Positions 61,901-64,000 of a DNA stretch of 64,000 nucleotides are shown piece after piece. The DNA is from Octopus sinensis (Eukaryota). The position numbers and the translations under genes are program-made. The notes beneath the pieces are model-generated. The model saw only the letters and a list, made by a program, of their open reading frames with translations. It searched no databases and had not been told where the DNA came from. Within the stretch, counting starts at the first letter, position 1. Each line of letters starts with the position of its first letter. The stretch covers positions 53,940,001 through 54,004,000 of the forward strand of contig NC_043007.1 in the NCBI RefSeq assembly GCF_006345805.1. Direction: 5' to 3'.

Positions 61901-62115
61901 GATAATTCCATGCAATATAAACATAACGTCACAAGAAATTTGAAAAGCTACAACGCGAAACCGGTAATTTCTTTAAAAATTTTTTTTTAATTATGTCATT
62001 TTAAGGAAAGGAAAAAAATTTTTCCAATATTCTCCAACATTTTGACACAAATATATATATTTTTTAACATTTAAGCCTTCTGTCGTTTTTTCACACTTTA
62101 CTATTTTCTTATATA
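58989..62115 (+). mobile_element. Penelope-like element (RT + GIY-YIG endonuclease), frameshifted
   Basis: KGLKFTPTP (~59600), VSFDVVNLYTSIPH (~60395), YRQKSGIAMGTRAAP, FLDD (60722-60733), CGRSNCATC and IYVIKCSGCHQDYVG (~61490-61537). Confidence 0.92.
61933..61973 (+). ncRNA. Candidate minimal hammerhead ribozyme, U3-A8 variant, in Penelope 3' UTR
   Basis: AAGAAAT-TTGAAAA-GC(TACAAC)GC-GAAA-CCGG-TA-ATTTCTT: 7-bp stem I and palindromic ACCGGT stem III. Confidence 0.6.
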
Positions 62116-62300
62116 TTCACCCACGTGCTTTACCAAACAAACTTTCTTATCTATATATATATATATATACACATGTATATATTAGGATGTATATATAATG
62201 TATATATATATATACAGATGTATATGTATAGCTGTATATGTATACATGTATATGTATACATATATACACACATACACACCCGCACACATACACAGGTGCA

Positions 62301-64000
62301 GTTTAATATTCAGTTTTGGATGCTGGTAGCGCAGGGCCTGCAATTTTTCAGCATTAAACTGCATATTATTATCCTCAGCCCATCTGTAGAGTGAGTCCAA
62401 CTCCTGCTGCAGGTGTGCAACATCGCTGGGGTTCTGTATTTTCTGCGAGACTTTCGTATCGTCTGCATAGCTGGCCAGAGTGGCTATCCAGGCATTTGAG
62501 GGCATCTATAAAAAGCAGTGGTCCCAAGACAGTGCCCTGTTGAACACCTTGTTATTTGTGTGTTCATAGAGGTGGTTTCATTAACGACTACTGCCTGACT
62601 CCTATCTTTCAGGAAGTCATGCAACCACACTCCAAGTTTTCCAGCTATGCCGAGGTCACGCAGTTTGTGGCATATCATACCATGATCCACTTTGTCAAAA
62701 GCTTTTGAAAAATCAAGGTAGATTACGTCCACATTTGATTTGTTGAGTAACTGCCTCAACACCCAGTCATAATGTTGTAAGAGCTGGGTCAGGCAGCTCC
62801 TACCTGGTCGAAAACCATGCTGGGTATCACTCAGCAAGTTATTTTCCTCAAGGAATGCGATTAGTTTCTTTCTGACTATCCTTTCCATGACTTTCTGATG
62901 TGTGAAGTCAGAGAGATAGGCCTATAGTTTTTGGCATCTGCTCTACTTGCCCCTTTATGTATTAGGCATATTATTCCCTCCTTTAGCTTGCTTGGCAGTT
63001 TGTCATTCGCAAGAAAGCTCTGGAAGAGAATCTTGAGGGGTTTTGCCAGGGCATGCTTACACGCTTTGAGGAGGATGGCTGGGAAACCATCTGGACCAGC
63101 AGCTGAGTTTGTGTCCACTTCATCTATGGCTAGTAGGACATCTTTTTCGCTAATGTCAATACATTCTATTGTAACCGCCTCGCTGGTTATAGGTGAGGCA
63201 GCAAAGAAGTCCACTGGTTCGTTCACTTGTCTGTGTTCCAATGGGGTGGTAAAGACACTTTTGAACTGGTCATTCAGCATCTCACGGATCTTAGTTGGAC
63301 TGTCTGTGAGGGAGCCATCCTTTTGGAGGAGGGGTCCTATCTTGTAGTGCACTGAGACTGTTTCTTTCGCTTAATGAAAGAAGGCCTTTGGGTTTGATTT
63401 AATGTTTTTTATAACCCAGGCTTCTTTGTCTGCTTTCTCCTTCACATAGGATTGTTGCAGCCTTTTTTTGATTTCCATCAGTGTTGTCTTTAGGCGGGAC
63501 ATTTCGCTACTTTTGGGATGTTGGTTGAGACAATTTGCAACCTTCGTCAGTCGTCTCATGAGGATCTTCCTGTCTCTTGGAATCTTGCTCCTATTTGTTT
63601 TGGCCTTGTGCTCTGGGACATATTTCTGGCATACGGCTTGCACAGAAGACATGAAACATTCTAGTTTCATGTCAATGTCTAGTGTGGAGAGACATTCCGG
63701 CCAGTCCTCTCTGAGGATCTCTTTTTGGATCGATTTCCAATCTGCTTTGTGGAAGTTCAGATTGGAGAGATTTCAGGTGCTTCCTTTAGGCTGTATGTCT
63801 CTGGTTACTTTTGGCCCAAACATAGACAGCTCTATTATGTTGTGATCCGAAACTGATGTCGGTGTCACTTTCACATCATGAATGATGTCCATATTGTTCG
63901 TGAAGCAGAGATCCAGAATGTTATTCGCCCTAGTTGGCTTAAGTACAACTTGCTCCATGAATAAGGCATTGGTGAGGTTGAGCAGGGACTCCACCTGTAC
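62301..64000 (-). mobile_element. CR1-clade LINE ORF2 (EN end to RT), continues beyond window; broken at 62301
   Basis: ILDLCFTNN..SDH, GPDGFPAILLK, YRPISLTS, QHGFRPGRSCLTQLL, YLDFSKAFDKVDH, YADDTK. Confidence 0.93.

Overview
AT-rich, repeat-dense eukaryotic window. The SINE and LINE families resemble those I recall from octopus genomes; this is recollection and cannot be verified here. The only well-supported host coding sequence is one very large, TE-free internal exon (24112-27517, +) encoding about 1135 aa of Ser/Thr-rich, apparently disordered protein. The rest is mobile DNA. It includes about ten copies or fragments of an RTE-clade LINE whose ORF carries a PHD-type zinc finger inserted inside the reverse transcriptase; one copy is near full length with tandem ~590-bp TATA/Inr-containing 5' repeats and a six-fold amplified 3' UTR. 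There are also several CR1-clade LINE fragments, a Penelope-like element with a 1.1-kb inverted terminal repeat, Penelope-like relics carrying candidate hammerhead ribozymes (including U3-A8 core variants), a TTAA-flanked piggyBac, a DD37D Tc1/mariner remnant, Helitron-like repeats, tRNA-derived SINEs and long (TA/CA) microsatellites. Local rearrangements can be read directly: a 1.15-kb tandem duplication with a templated junction, a ~2-kb inverted duplication, and a staggered-break inversion that split a CR1. Most short ORFs in the track are microsatellite or antisense artefacts. TE boundaries are read by eye and are approximate unless junction sequence is quoted.
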